Under the pieces are notes generated by a model that was not told the DNA's origin, made no database searches, and saw only the letters and a list, made by a program, of their open reading frames with translations. A DNA stretch of 64,000 nt, taken from NCBI GenBank assembly GCA_000002445.1, contig CP000068.1, forward strand, positions 352,001 to 416,000, given 5' to 3'. Positions 10,272 to 22,400 of this stretch are shown here, one piece after another. Position 1 is the stretch's first letter; every line of letters starts with the position of its first letter. The stretch is from Trypanosoma brucei (Eukaryota). The translations under genes and the position numbers were made by a program.

Positions 10272-11054
10272 ATGGGGAAGACAGTGCTTACCTGCCGTAA
10301 GGGCAACGGCTCTGTGTACCAGGTGCATGGCCACAAGCGGCTCGGACCCGCGAAGCTGCGCATTCTCGACTACGCCGAGCGTCACGGTTTCATGCGCGGT
10401 GTTGTGAAGGCCATCGAACACGAGCCTGGTCGCGGTGCTCCGCTGGCGCGCGTTGAGTTCCGCCACCCGTATAAATACCGCCGCGTGAAGGAATTGATGG
10501 TCGCTCCGGAAGGCATGTTCACCGGACAGTCGATGCTCTGTGGTGTTAAGGCACCGCTTGCTATTGGGAATGTCCTGCCACTCGGTCAAATCACGGAGGG
10601 TTGCATCGTTTGCAACGTGGAGGCGAAGGTTGGCGACCGCGGTACCCTCGCCCGTGCTTCTGGCGACTATTGCATTATTATTTCGCACAACACTGAAACG
10701 GGTCGCACCCGCCTCAAGCTTCCAAGCGGCCAGAAGAAAACGGTTCCCAGCAGCTGCCGTGCCATGATTGGCATCGTCGCCGGTGGTGGCCGTATTGAAA
10801 AGCCGGTCCTTAAAGCCGGTAATTCCTTCTACCGCTTCCGTGGCAAACGCAACTGCTGGCCCAAGGTACGTGGTGTGGCTCGTAACCCCGTGGAGCACCC
10901 TCACGGTGGTGGTAACCATCAACATATTGGCCACCCCTCCACCGTCTCGCGCCACGCCCCACCCGGACAGAAGGTTGGTTTAATTGCCGCCCGTCGCACG
11001 GGTCGGATTCGCGGTAGCAGAGCTGTCAGGGGCGCATGGCATCCTGAAGAGTAA
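10272..11054 (+). CDS. uL2: 60S ribosomal protein uL2 (L2 / L8 family), 260 aa
   Basis: Near-universal uL2 signature [35 protein letters not shown] plus the N-terminal [20 protein letters not shown] region. It has a clean ATG and an ORF of the expected size. Confidence 0.95.
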   Translation: MGKTVLTCRKGNGSVYQVHGHKRLGPAKLRILDYAERHGFMRGVVKAIEHEPGRGAPLARVEFRHPYKYRRVKELMVAPEGMFTGQSMLCGVKAPLAIGNVLPLGQITEGCIVCNVEAKVGDRGTLARASGDYCIIISHNTETGRTRLKLPSGQKKTVPSSCRAMIGIVAGGGRIEKPVLKAGNSFYRFRGKRNCWPKVRGVARNPVEHPHGGGNHQHIGHPSTVSRHAPPGQKVGLIAARRTGRIRGSRAVRGAWHPEE

Positions 11055-13336
11055 AGGCGGAACATTGCTGCAGGTTGTGGTGTGGTGTGATGTGATGTGT
11101 ATATCAGCATATGGCACTGTTGCAAAAGAGATTGCCGCCATGATTTTGATGTCATGAAATGTCTGCCGCCTGCTTGTTTTTTTTCTTTTCTTTTTTACAA
11201 ATTTTACTTCTTCCAATTCATTCGTTGTCACTTCATGCCGCTTTCACACACCTTCGACATGTGTGATGATTCACCGATGTTGGAGCCGGCTGGAGGTCTT
11301 GTTTGTGCGGAGTGTGTCATTTGGATGAGGCAAATAAAAAGTAAAACGGTGGCGGCAGGATTAATGCGTGATTGTCATGAGTGTTGTGGAGGCGTTTGCA
11401 TGTGTTGATAAATGCATTGGACAGGGAGGAAGGCATGAAATGAGGAATAATGAAGAAAGGCAAAGGGGAGGATAGCGCTCACTCGCCACTCCTCTCGGAT
11501 CCTTCTCTTCGTCTACTGTTTTTTTTCTTTTTTCTTTTTTGCTAATTGCTTTCCCTCCCTGTTCTGCATTTCATTCATTCATCACCATCATCTTGCTTTG
11601 TTCCCTAATGTGTGTGTGCGTGTGAGTCTCCGATTCCGGTCTTTATTTTCTTCTTTCCTTGTTATTTTCTGCTTTAAAAAAAAATACAAACAAATAAACA
11701 ACTCTTCCGATGGGTGCGTTCAGTCATCTGATGTGAACTGAACCAGAAAGGAATAACGTGTATCATTTCTTCTGTTGTGTTGTTTCTACAGTTAATCTCA
11801 CTTGTTTCCTTCTTTTTCCCTCTTCTCATTATTTTTATTTTCTCGACTCAGTTAGTTCAGTTGAAGCAGAAGCAGTCCCTTTTCACTTCTGTTTTCTGTT
11901 TTCTGTTTTTTTTTTTTAATTTTATCTGGCGTTGCCATCATCATCATCTTCATCCTCCTCCTCCTTGTCGTCGTCACTGTTACTACTGTCATTATTGTTA
12001 TTATTTTTCTCTCCTTGCACCCCCAGTCCTTTTTTATTTCACGGAAGCCGGTTTCCCCTTCATTGTTATTATTATTATTATTACCGGTGTGTTATTGTCT
12101 TCAGTTACCGTTATTGTATTCTTATATTTTTATTATTGTCATTATTATTATTATTATTATCATCATCATCGTTCGTATCGGACGGGTCGGTCTGCATTCA
12201 TTTCAATATTATTTGTGCAGCGGTTGTGGTGCGCTGAAAGTGACGAACACAACAGCAACAGAAGGAAGTTCACCACCAATACAAAAAAAAGAGAAAAAAA
12301 AGAAAGAAAAAAAAGAGTGAGAGTAAGTTAGTAAGTGAGACGTGAAAAAAAAGAAAGAGGGGAAAAAAGAAAGAAAGGAATAAGAACAACAACAACAACA
12401 CGAACAAACAAGAAAAGGAGGGGAAGGTGAAAGGGCTTCAAGTGCAAGGAGAAGAAAGAAAAAAAAGGAAAAGAAAAGGGAAAAGTAAGAGCAACATCAA
12501 AGGAAGCGTGGTTAATATCAAAAGGAAAATATTTTAATTAAATAACGGGGCACATATCATTTTCAACTCACCATATTGAAAAAGAAACAGGTGGTAAGGA
12601 CGAAGGAGGAAAAAAAAACAGGAGAAATTAAAGAAAAAAAAGATAATTTAAATATATACAAACAAACACAGCTACGGAAAGGGAAAATAGGAGTGAGAAA
12701 GAGGGTGTAATTTCTTCCTTTTATATTCACGCTTCTGTACCATTTATTCAGCGGTGACGATAAGGCCTGTTCTACGTGAAGAGGGTGAAACGACAATAAT
12801 CAACACCAACAAAATAAAAGGTAGACAAACAGTGAAGAACAGAACGGGATTAAGCGGACGAGTTTCCATATTATTTCCAATATTATTGAGTGCGTGGGTG
12901 TGTACATATATTGTATTAAGAGTTGTAGCTTTTTGCTGAGACGAATAAAAGTTGCGTATATTCAACGACGACAGCAGCAACACTAACAAGTGAAGTCAAG
13001 TCAATTAGAAGGAGCCCACTATTCACACGGTTCCTGGAGAAGAAACAGGAAAAGGATATATATATATATATTCTTAAGAAGTGACGGGGGTGGGAAATAA
13101 AGGAGTTAAGAATTTGTACCAGTGACAGAGTAAAGGTGACAACACCGGTGCTTTATTAAGCAGCATATATTGGGGGAGGTAGGCGTGTGTGTGTCTGTGT
13201 TGGGGCGAAAACAAGGAAGCGGAAGTCTTTCAACACGAGTGAAAGGAAAAACAAGAAGATTAGAAATAAAAGAAAAAAGAAGAAAAAATAAAAGTAAGAA
13301 TTGAAGCAGAGGAAGAAAAGGAATCATCACACATAA

Positions 13337-13366
13337 ACACACACACACACACACACGCACACACAC
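13337..13366 (+). repeat. (AC)n microsatellite just upstream of the giant gene
   Basis: acacacacacacacacacgcacacacacaa. Confidence 0.85.
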
Positions 13367-13413
13367 AAAAGTGTATATTTATTTATATATTTAGGTCGCC
13401 ACGGTACAATTAA

Positions 13414-16400
13414 ATGCCGGGGTTGTTAAAGTGGAAGAAGCGTTGTAGTCCCGTCGCGATGCGCCCAAGTAGGGGTTTGGTACCGTCTCCACGGAAGTCG
13501 CCCTCAAAACAGCGTTCCAGTGCGCACAGCGCAGCCGCGGGCGAGGAATGTTATGAACTGCAGGCGGTTCCATCTGTCATTCCGGCACTCCAAGCGATTA
13601 GTGCCGTGCGCCGCGCGGGAGCTCTGATGGCTCGTGTAATGAGTCCAACAGCGGATCGAATAGAAGGAGAGTTGTGGTATATTGCAGGGGAATACGGGCC
13701 GGGAAAGGGAAATGCCGCTGCACCCCAGTGGGTGACGTGCGATAGGCATCGGTTGGTGGTTTGGAGTAGCTGGTGTGGACAGGGCCGTATAATAGACACC
13801 GTTTCTTTCGATCGTCTTAGACTTATTCTCAACTTCTCTCATGCGCATACGCATAAGGTGTGCCAACGGCAGGCACCCGTCACAAGATATTCGGCGGCGA
13901 AGAACTTCTCCCTCCCCTCAGCTCGCGGGAGCAGAAGCCCTCCACAAACGTTTAGAAGAGGAACAACCACCTTTGCTAGGAAAAAAAAGCTCGGTGCGAT
14001 CGCAACAGGCAGGATTCGCGCATATGGTGGTACGTCGATGCCCCGTTACTATTACTTTGGCGTGGAGTTTACTTGCCTTTACCGCACAGAGGACGGTAGA
14101 AATCACCGGCGGCGGCGGGTCATGATGTTTGCAACGGATGTTCAGCATGACCTCATCACGTGGCTGCAGTTCTTATCAGATGTAGAAGTTAAAAAGGTTC
14201 GAGAAACCGTATGTGGAGGGGGTTCTCAGGGAACGAAGCGCGCGCGGAAGTCTAAGCAGTGTATGAGTCCGAACGTTAGTTACTTTCTCAATGAAAGTGA
14301 TTGCACTGCCGTAGACACTAGTAATGAGACGTCATTGGCTTCGTCATCTCCACTAGACATTGACACCACGATGGATCCCGCGGTAGCGCCGTCGAGGGCG
14401 TCCGATCGTGAGGTTGAGGCGCCCGGCCAATCAATATTTTCCCTTTTTTCTAGCACGGTAACCGATCCCACAAAGAGTCCATCACCACAGCCCATAGAAA
14501 AGGAGCAATCCGAGGAAGTCATAAGTAACGGGTCGCTTCTCGACATATCCCTTCACAACAACGAGCCACCACAACTGGCAGCTAGGCCTCACACACCAAA
14601 AAAAAAGAAAGCATCACTAAAAAAAGTAAAGAAGAAAACATACGAGGAGCTTAGGAATGAGCGAATGATGAGGGAAAATACCGAGCTCAAAAGAAAGAAT
14701 GAAGAGTTAAAAAAGGAAATTAAAGTGGCAACAGATAAAATAACAGAACTGCAACGAAATCTTCAAGCATCAGAGAGAACGAATAGATACGCGGAAGAAG
14801 AATGCGAGCACCTCAGAGACAGTTTGCTTAAAGTAGAAAAACAAAAAGCCAACCTAGCAAAAAAACTAAGTGAATCAACAGGAAACGAATTTCAACTACA
14901 AAAGCAGGCTGTCGAACTTCACGCAACGTTAGAAGAACAGGCTGCTTGCATCCGTGCGCTGAGTGAGCAAATTACTGCCGCCGACGCCTACTTGCGAGAC
15001 GCGGAGGGCGAGTGTGGTTCACTGGCTGGGTTGCTTGGTCTCTCCCCAGCAGAAGATGGTGGCGACCTCGGGACTGGTAGTGCTGGTTTGTCATTGTCGA
15101 ATGGCGCGCTACGCATAGCGGAGAGACTGCGGTTGGCGTGCAGTGCGGTACACGACCTGGAGCAAGAACTGAAGGCCAGTGGGGAGCGTGAGCGTGCCTC
15201 TATAGAGGAATGTGATCGATTACGTAATGAACTACAGAAGCTGGAGTCGCAGCGTTCTGATCTGGAGGAGAGTCTGAATGCAGCCGAGGCGTTGGAGTGT
15301 GCGTTACGGCGCCAGCTACACGAGTCCCTAGAGGAGGTACGCAGTGCTGAGAATGCATTGAGTGCTGCGGAGCAGGCGTTGCGTTGCATACCGAGTGGGA
15401 TGGATCAGTACGCACGGGATGCCGATGGCGGTTCTGTTTCTAATGATGATAGCCGTGAACTGCCGACACTTGCGCTGCCAGCGCGCATTGAGGGCGTGAC
15501 CCGTCAGGCATGCGAATTCCGCGATGAGATGTACAAACGACACCAGGAGCTGTTGGACTTGGTTGCTAGAGGCGTGTGCAACGAGGATGCTCTTGCCCGT
15601 GTGCGTGAGCTGCGTTGTGCGAAGGAGGCTGTGGAGACGGAGCTGCAGGATACGCTAAGGGAAGCTGAGAAGCGGCTGTGTGTGGTGACCGCGTGTGAGG
15701 GTGTGCTTGGCGAGACTTTGTGCAGTGACGTTGTTGAGCAGCGCCAGGCAGAGCTGCTGTGCGCCCTGCGTGCAGACGTTGCAGAGGCCTGCGGTGTTTC
15801 GGGTAGTCATGTGATTGATGCTACGATAGCTGATGATGGTTCGAATGTGACTTTTCGTGTGGCTCACCCATACTGTGTCCCCGCAGCGGCTGTGCTGGCA
15901 AGGGTAGATTCATGCGCTTTCGACCGCGTACGGCGCGTCAACAAGTGGTCTTGTGGTGACTCTGAGGCGGTGTCCTTTGCCGAAGAAGATGAGGCGGAGC
16001 GTGAGTTTGTTGCAGTTGGGACCCCCGCTGGGGAGGCATTTTTGGCTCGGATAACCGAGTTGAGTGGGCGTTTCGCCTCTGTGAACGGTGAGCTGCGTGC
16101 AGCAGAGGACGCGCTTGCGGAGCGACCCGCTGTTGTGGTGTGTGGGTTGGAGCAGCGCGTTTCGGAGACTAATGCCACTGTGGAGGAACAGGCTGCTTGC
16201 ATCCGTGCGCTGAGTGAGCAAATTGCTGCCGCCGACGCCTACTTGCGAGACGCGGAGGGCGAGTGTGGTTCACTGGCTGGGTTGCTTGGTCTCTCCCCAG
16301 CAGAAGATGGTGGCGACCTCGGGACTGGTAGTGCTGGTTTGTCATTGTCGAATGGCGCGCTACGCATAGCGGAGAGACTGCGGTTGGCGTGCAGTGCGGT

Positions 16401-19400
16401 ACACGACCTGGAGCAAGAACTGAAGGCCAGTGGGGAGCGTGAGCGTGCCTCTATAGAGGAATGTGATCGATTACGTAATGAACTACAGAAGCTGGAGTCG
16501 CAGCGTTCTGATCTGGAGGAGAGTCTGAATGCAGCCGAGGCGTTGGAGTGTGCGTTACGGCGCCAGCTACACGAGTCCCTAGAGGAGGTACGCAGTGCTG
16601 AGAATGCATTGAGTGCTGCGGAGCAGGCGTTGCGTTGCATACCGAGTGGGATGGATCAGTACGCACGGGATGCCGATGGCGGTTCTGTTTCTAATGATGA
16701 TAGCCGTGAACTGCCGACACTTGCGCTGCCAGCGCGCATTGAGGGCGTGACCCGTCAGGCATGCGAATTCCGCGATGAGATGTACAAACGACACCAGGAG
16801 CTGTTGGACTTGGTTGCTAGAGGCGTGTGCAACGAGGATGCTCTTGCCCGTGTGCGTGAGCTGCGTTGTGCGAAGGAGGCTGTGGAGACGGAGCTGCAGG
16901 ATACGCTAAGGGAAGCTGAGAAGCGGCTGTGTGTGGTGACCGCGTGTGAGGGTGTGCTTGGCGAGACTTTGTGCAGTGACGTTGTTGAGCAGCGCCAGGC
17001 AGAGCTGCTGTGCGCCCTGCGTGCAGACGTTGCAGAGGCTTGCGGTGTTTCGGGTAGTCATGTGATTGATGCTACGATAGCTGATGATGGTTCGAATGTG
17101 ACTTTTCGTGTGGCTCACCCATACTGTGTCCCCGCAGCGGCTGTGCTGGCAAGGGTAGATTCATGCGCTTTCGACCGCGTACGGCGCGTCAACAAGTGGT
17201 CTTGTGGTGACTCTGAGGCGGTGTCCTTTGCCGAAGAAGATGAGGCGGAGCGTGAGTTTGTTGCAGTTGGGACCCCCGCTGGGGAGGCATTTTTGGCTCG
17301 GATAACCGAGTTGAGTGGGCGTTTCGCCTCTGTGAACGGTGAGCTGCGTGCAGCAGAGGACGCGCTTGCGGAGCGACCCGCTGTTGTGGTGTGTGGGTTG
17401 GAGCAGCGCGTTTCGGAGACTAATGCCACTGTGGAGGAACAGGCTGCTTGCATCCGTGCGCTGAGTGAGCAAATTGCTGCCGCCGACGCCTACTTGCGAG
17501 ATGCGGAGGGCGAGTGTGGTTCACTGGCTGGGTTGCTTGGTCTCTCCCCAGCAGAAGATGGTGGCGACCTCGGGACTGGTAGTGCTGGTTTGTCATTGTC
17601 GAATGGCGCGCTACGCATAGCGGAGAGACTGCGGTTGGCGTGCAGTGCGGTACACGACCTGGAGCAAGAACTGAAGGCCAGTGGGGAGCGTGAGCGTGCC
17701 TCTATAGAGGAATGTGATCGATTACGTAATGAACTACAGAAGCTGGAGTCGCAGCGTTCTGATCTGGAGGAGAGTCTGAATGCAGCCGAGGCGTTGGAGT
17801 GTGCGTTACGGCGCCAGCTACACGAGTCCCTAGAGGAGGTACGCAGTGCTGAGAATGCATTGAGTGCTGCGGAGCAGGCGTTGCGTTGCATACCGAGTGG
17901 GATGGATCAGTACGCACGGGATGCCGATGGCGGTTCTGTTTCTAATGATGATAGCCGTGAACTGCCGACACTTGCGCTGCCAGCGCGCATTGAGGGCGTG
18001 ACCCGTCAGGCATGCGAATTCCGCGATGAGATGTACAAACGACACCAGGAGCTGTTGGACTTGGTTGCTAGAGGCGTGTGCAACGAGGATGCTCTTGCCC
18101 GTGTGCGTGAGCTGCGTTGTGCGAAGGAGGCTGTGGAGACGGAGCTGCAGGATACGCTAAGGGAAGCTGAGAAGCGGCTGTGTGTGGTGACCGCGTGTGA
18201 GGGTGTGCTTGGCGAGACTTTGTGCAGTGACGTTGTTGAGCAGCGCCAGGCAGAGCTGCTGTGCGCCCTGCGTGCAGACGTTGCAGAGGCCTGCGGTGTT
18301 TCGGGTAGTCATGTGATTGATGCTACGATAGCTGATGATGGTTCGAATGTGACTTTTCGTGTGGCTCACCCATACTGTGTCCCCGCAGCGGCTGTGCTGG
18401 CAAGGGTAGATTCATGCGCTTTCGACCGCGTACGGCGCGTCAACAAGTGGTCTTGTGGTGACTCTGAGGCGGTGTCCTTTGCCGAAGAAGATGAGGCGGA
18501 GCGTGAGTTTGTTGCAGTTGGGACCCCCGCTGGGGAGGCATTTTTGGCTCGGATAACCGAGTTGAGTGGGCGTTTCGCCTCTGTGAACGGTGAGCTGCGT
18601 GCAGCAGAGGACGCGCTTGCGGAGCGACCCGCTGTTGTGGTGTGTGGGTTGGAGCAGCGCGTTTCGGAGACTAATGCCACTGTGGAGGAACAGGCTGCTT
18701 GCATCCGTGCGCTGAGTGAGCAAATTGCTGCCGCCGACGCCTACTTGCGAGATGCGGAGGGCGAGTGTGGTTCACTGGCTGGGTTGCTTGGTCTCTCCCC
18801 AGCAGAAGATGGTGGCGACCTCGGGACTGGTAGTGCTGGTTTGTCATTGTCGAATGGCGCGCTACGCATAGCGGAGAGACTGCGGTTGGCGTGCAGTGCG
18901 GTACACGACCTGGAGCAAGAACTGAAGGCCAGTGGGGAGCGTGAGCGTGCCTCTATAGAGGAATGTGATCGATTACGTAATGAACTACAGAAGCTGGAGT
19001 CGCAGCGTTCTGATCTGGAGGAGAGTCTGAATGCAGCCGAGGCGTTGGAGTGTGCGTTACGGCGCCAGCTACACGAGTCCCTAGAGGAGGTACGCAGTGC
19101 TGAGAATGCATTGAGTGCTGCGGAGCAGGCGTTGCGTTGCATACCGAGTGGGATGGATCAGTATGCACGGGATGCCGATGGCGGTTCTGTTTCTAATGAT
19201 GATAGCCGTGAACTGCCGACACTTGCGCTGCCAGCGCGCATTGAGGGCGTGACCCGTCAGGCATGCGAATTCCGCGATGAGATGTACAAACGACACCAGG
19301 AGCTGTTGGACTTGGTTGCTAGAGGCGTGTGCAACGAGGATGCTCTTGCCCGTGTGCGTGAGCTGCGTTGTGCGAAGGAGGCTGTGGAGACGGAGCTGCA

Positions 19401-22400
19401 GGATACGCTAAGGGAAGCTGAGAAGCGGCTGTGTGTGGTGACCGCGTGTGAGGGTGTGCTTGGCGAGACTTTGTGCAGTGACGTTGTTGAGCAGCGCCAG
19501 GCAGAGCTGCTGTGCGCCCTGCGTGCAGACGTTGCAGAGGCCTGCGGTGTTTCGGGTAGTCATGTGATTGATGCTACGATAGCTGATGATGGTTCGAATG
19601 TGACTTTTCGTGTGGCTCACCCATACTGTGTCCCCGCAGCGGCTGTGCTGGCAAGGGTAGATTCATGCGCTTTCGACCGCGTACGGCGCGTCAACAAGTG
19701 GTCTTGTGGTGACTCTGAGGCGGTGTCCTTTGCCGAAGAAGATGAGGCGGAGCGTGAGTTTGTTGCAGTTGGGACCCCCGCTGGGGAGGCATTTTTGGCT
19801 CGGATAACCGAGTTGAGTGGGCGTTTCGCCTCTGTGAACGGTGAGCTGCGTGCAGCAGAGGACGCGCTTGCGGAGCGACCCGCTGTTGTGGTGTGTGGGT
19901 TGGAGCAGCGCGTTTCGGAGACTAATGCCACTGTGGAGGAACAGGCTGCTTGCATCCGTGCGCTGAGTGAGCAAATTGCTGCCGCCGACGCCTACTTGCG
20001 AGATGCGGAGGGCGAGTGTGGTTCACTGGCTGGGTTGCTTGGTCTCTCCCCAGCAGAAGATGGTGGCGACCTCGGGACTGGTAGTGCTGGTTTGTCATTG
20101 TCGAATGGCGCGCTACGCATAGCGGAGAGACTGCGGTTGGCGTGCAGTGCGGTACACGACCTGGAGCAAGAACTGAAGGCCAGTGGGGAGCGTGAGCGTG
20201 CCTCTATAGAGGAATGTGATCGATTACGTAATGAACTACAGAAGCTGGAGTCGCAGCGTTCTGATCTGGAGGAGAGTCTGAATGCAGCCGAGGCGTTGGA
20301 GTGTGCGTTACGGCGCCAGCTACACGAGTCCCTAGAGGAGGTACGCAGTGCTGAGAATGCATTGAGTGCTGCGGAGCAGGCGTTGCGTTGCATACCGAGT
20401 GGGATGGATCAGTATGCACGGGATGCCGATGGCGGTTCTGTTTCTAATGATGATAGCCGTGAACTGCCGACACTTGCGCTGCCAGCGCGCATTGAGGGCG
20501 TGACCCGTCAGGCATGCGAATTCCGCGATGAGATGTACAAACGACACCAGGAGCTGTTGGACTTGGTTGCTAGAGGCGTGTGCAACGAGGATGCTCTTGC
20601 CCGTGTGCGTGAGCTGCGTTGTGCGAAGGAGGCTGTGGAGACGGAGCTGCAGGATACGCTAAGGGAAGCTGAGAAGCGGCTGTGTGTGGTGACCGCGTGT
20701 GAGGGTGTGCTTGGCGAGACTTTGTGCAGTGACGTTGTTGAGCAGCGCCAGGCAGAGCTGCTGTGCGCCCTGCGTGCAGACGTTGCAGAGGCCTGCGGTG
20801 TTTCGGGTAGTCATGTGATTGATGCTACGATAGCTGATGATGGTTCGAATGTGACTTTTCGTGTGGCTCACCCATACTGTGTCCCCGCAGCGGCTGTGCT
20901 GGCAAGGGTAGATTCATGCGCTTTCGACCGCGTACGGCGCGTCAACAAGTGGTCTTGTGGTGACTCTGAGGCGGTGTCCTTTGCCGAAGAAGATGAGGCG
21001 GAGCGTGAGTTTGTTGCAGTTGGGACCCCCGCTGGGGAGGCATTTTTGGCTCGGATAACCGAGTTGAGTGGGCGTTTCGCCTCTGTGAACGGTGAGCTGC
21101 GTGCAGCAGAGGACGCGCTTGCGGAGCGACCCGCTGTTGTGGTGTGTGGGTTGGAGCAGCGCGTTTCGGAGACTAATGCCACTGTGGAGGAACAGGCTGC
21201 TTGCATCCGTGCGCTGAGTGAGCAAATTGCTGCCGCCGACGCCTACTTGCGAGATGCGGAGGGCGAGTGTGGTTCACTGGCTGGGTTGCTTGGTCTCTCC
21301 CCAGCAGAAGATGGTGGCGACCTCGGGACTGGTAGTGCTGGTTTGTCATTGTCGAATGGCGCGCTACGCATAGCGGAGAGACTGCGGTTGGCGTGCAGTG
21401 CGGTACACGACCTGGAGCAAGAACTGAAGGCCAGTGGGGAGCGTGAGCGTGCCTCTATAGAGGAATGTGATCGATTACGTAATGAACTACAGAAGCTGGA
21501 GTCGCAGCGTTCTGATCTGGAGGAGAGTCTGAATGCAGCCGAGGCGTTGGAGTGTGCGTTACGGCGCCAGCTACACGAGTCCCTAGAGGAGGTACGCAGT
21601 GCTGAGAATGCATTGAGTGCTGCGGAGCAGGCGTTGCGTTGCATACCGAGTGGGATGGATCAGTACGCACGGGATGCCGATGGCGGTTCTGTTTCTAATG
21701 ATGATAGCCGTGAACTGCCGACACTTGCGCTGCCAGCGCGCATTGAGGGCGTGACCCGTCAGGCATGCGAATTCCGCGATGAGATGTACAAACGACACCA
21801 GGAGCTGTTGGACTTGGTTGCTAGAGGCGTGTGCAACGAGGATGCTCTTGCCCGTGTGCGTGAGCTGCGTTGTGCGAAGGAGGCTGTGGAGACGGAGCTG
21901 CAGGATACGCTAAGGGAAGCTGAGAAGCGGCTGTGTGTGGTGACCGCGTGTGAGGGTGTGCTTGGCGAGACTTTGTGCAGTGACGTTGTTGAGCAGCGCC
22001 AGGCAGAGCTGCTGTGCGCCCTGCGTGCAGACGTTGCAGAGGCCTGCGGTGTTTCGGGTAGTCATGTGATTGATGCTACGATAGCTGATGATGGTTCGAA
22101 TGTGACTTTTCGTGTGGCTCACCCATACTGTGTCCCCGCAGCGGCTGTGCTGGCAAGGGTAGATTCATGCGCTTTCGACCGCGTACGGCGCGTCAACAAG
22201 TGGTCTTGTGGTGACTCTGAGGCGGTGTCCTTTGCCGAAGAAGATGAGGCGGAGCGTGAGTTTGTTGCAGTTGGGACCCCCGCTGGGGAGGCATTTTTGG
22301 CTCGGATAACCGAGTTGAGTGGGCGTTTCGCCTCTGTGAACGGTGAGCTGCGTGCAGCAGAGGACGCGCTTGCGGAGCGACCCGCTGTTGTGGTGTGTGG

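Noticed and set aside
10200-10955. 251-aa minus-strand ORF
   Set aside because: It is entirely antisense to the ribosomal protein uL2 gene, which has an unmistakable conserved signature. The antisense frame has no recognisable features.
11777-12331. 184-aa, 101-aa and 101-aa + strand ORFs (poly-Ser/Leu/Ile/Tyr)
   Set aside because: Overlapping frames across pyrimidine-rich and triplet-repeat spacer DNA. They have homopolymeric amino-acid runs and no coherent protein features. This is more likely the 3'UTR of the uL2 gene or the 5'UTR of the giant gene.
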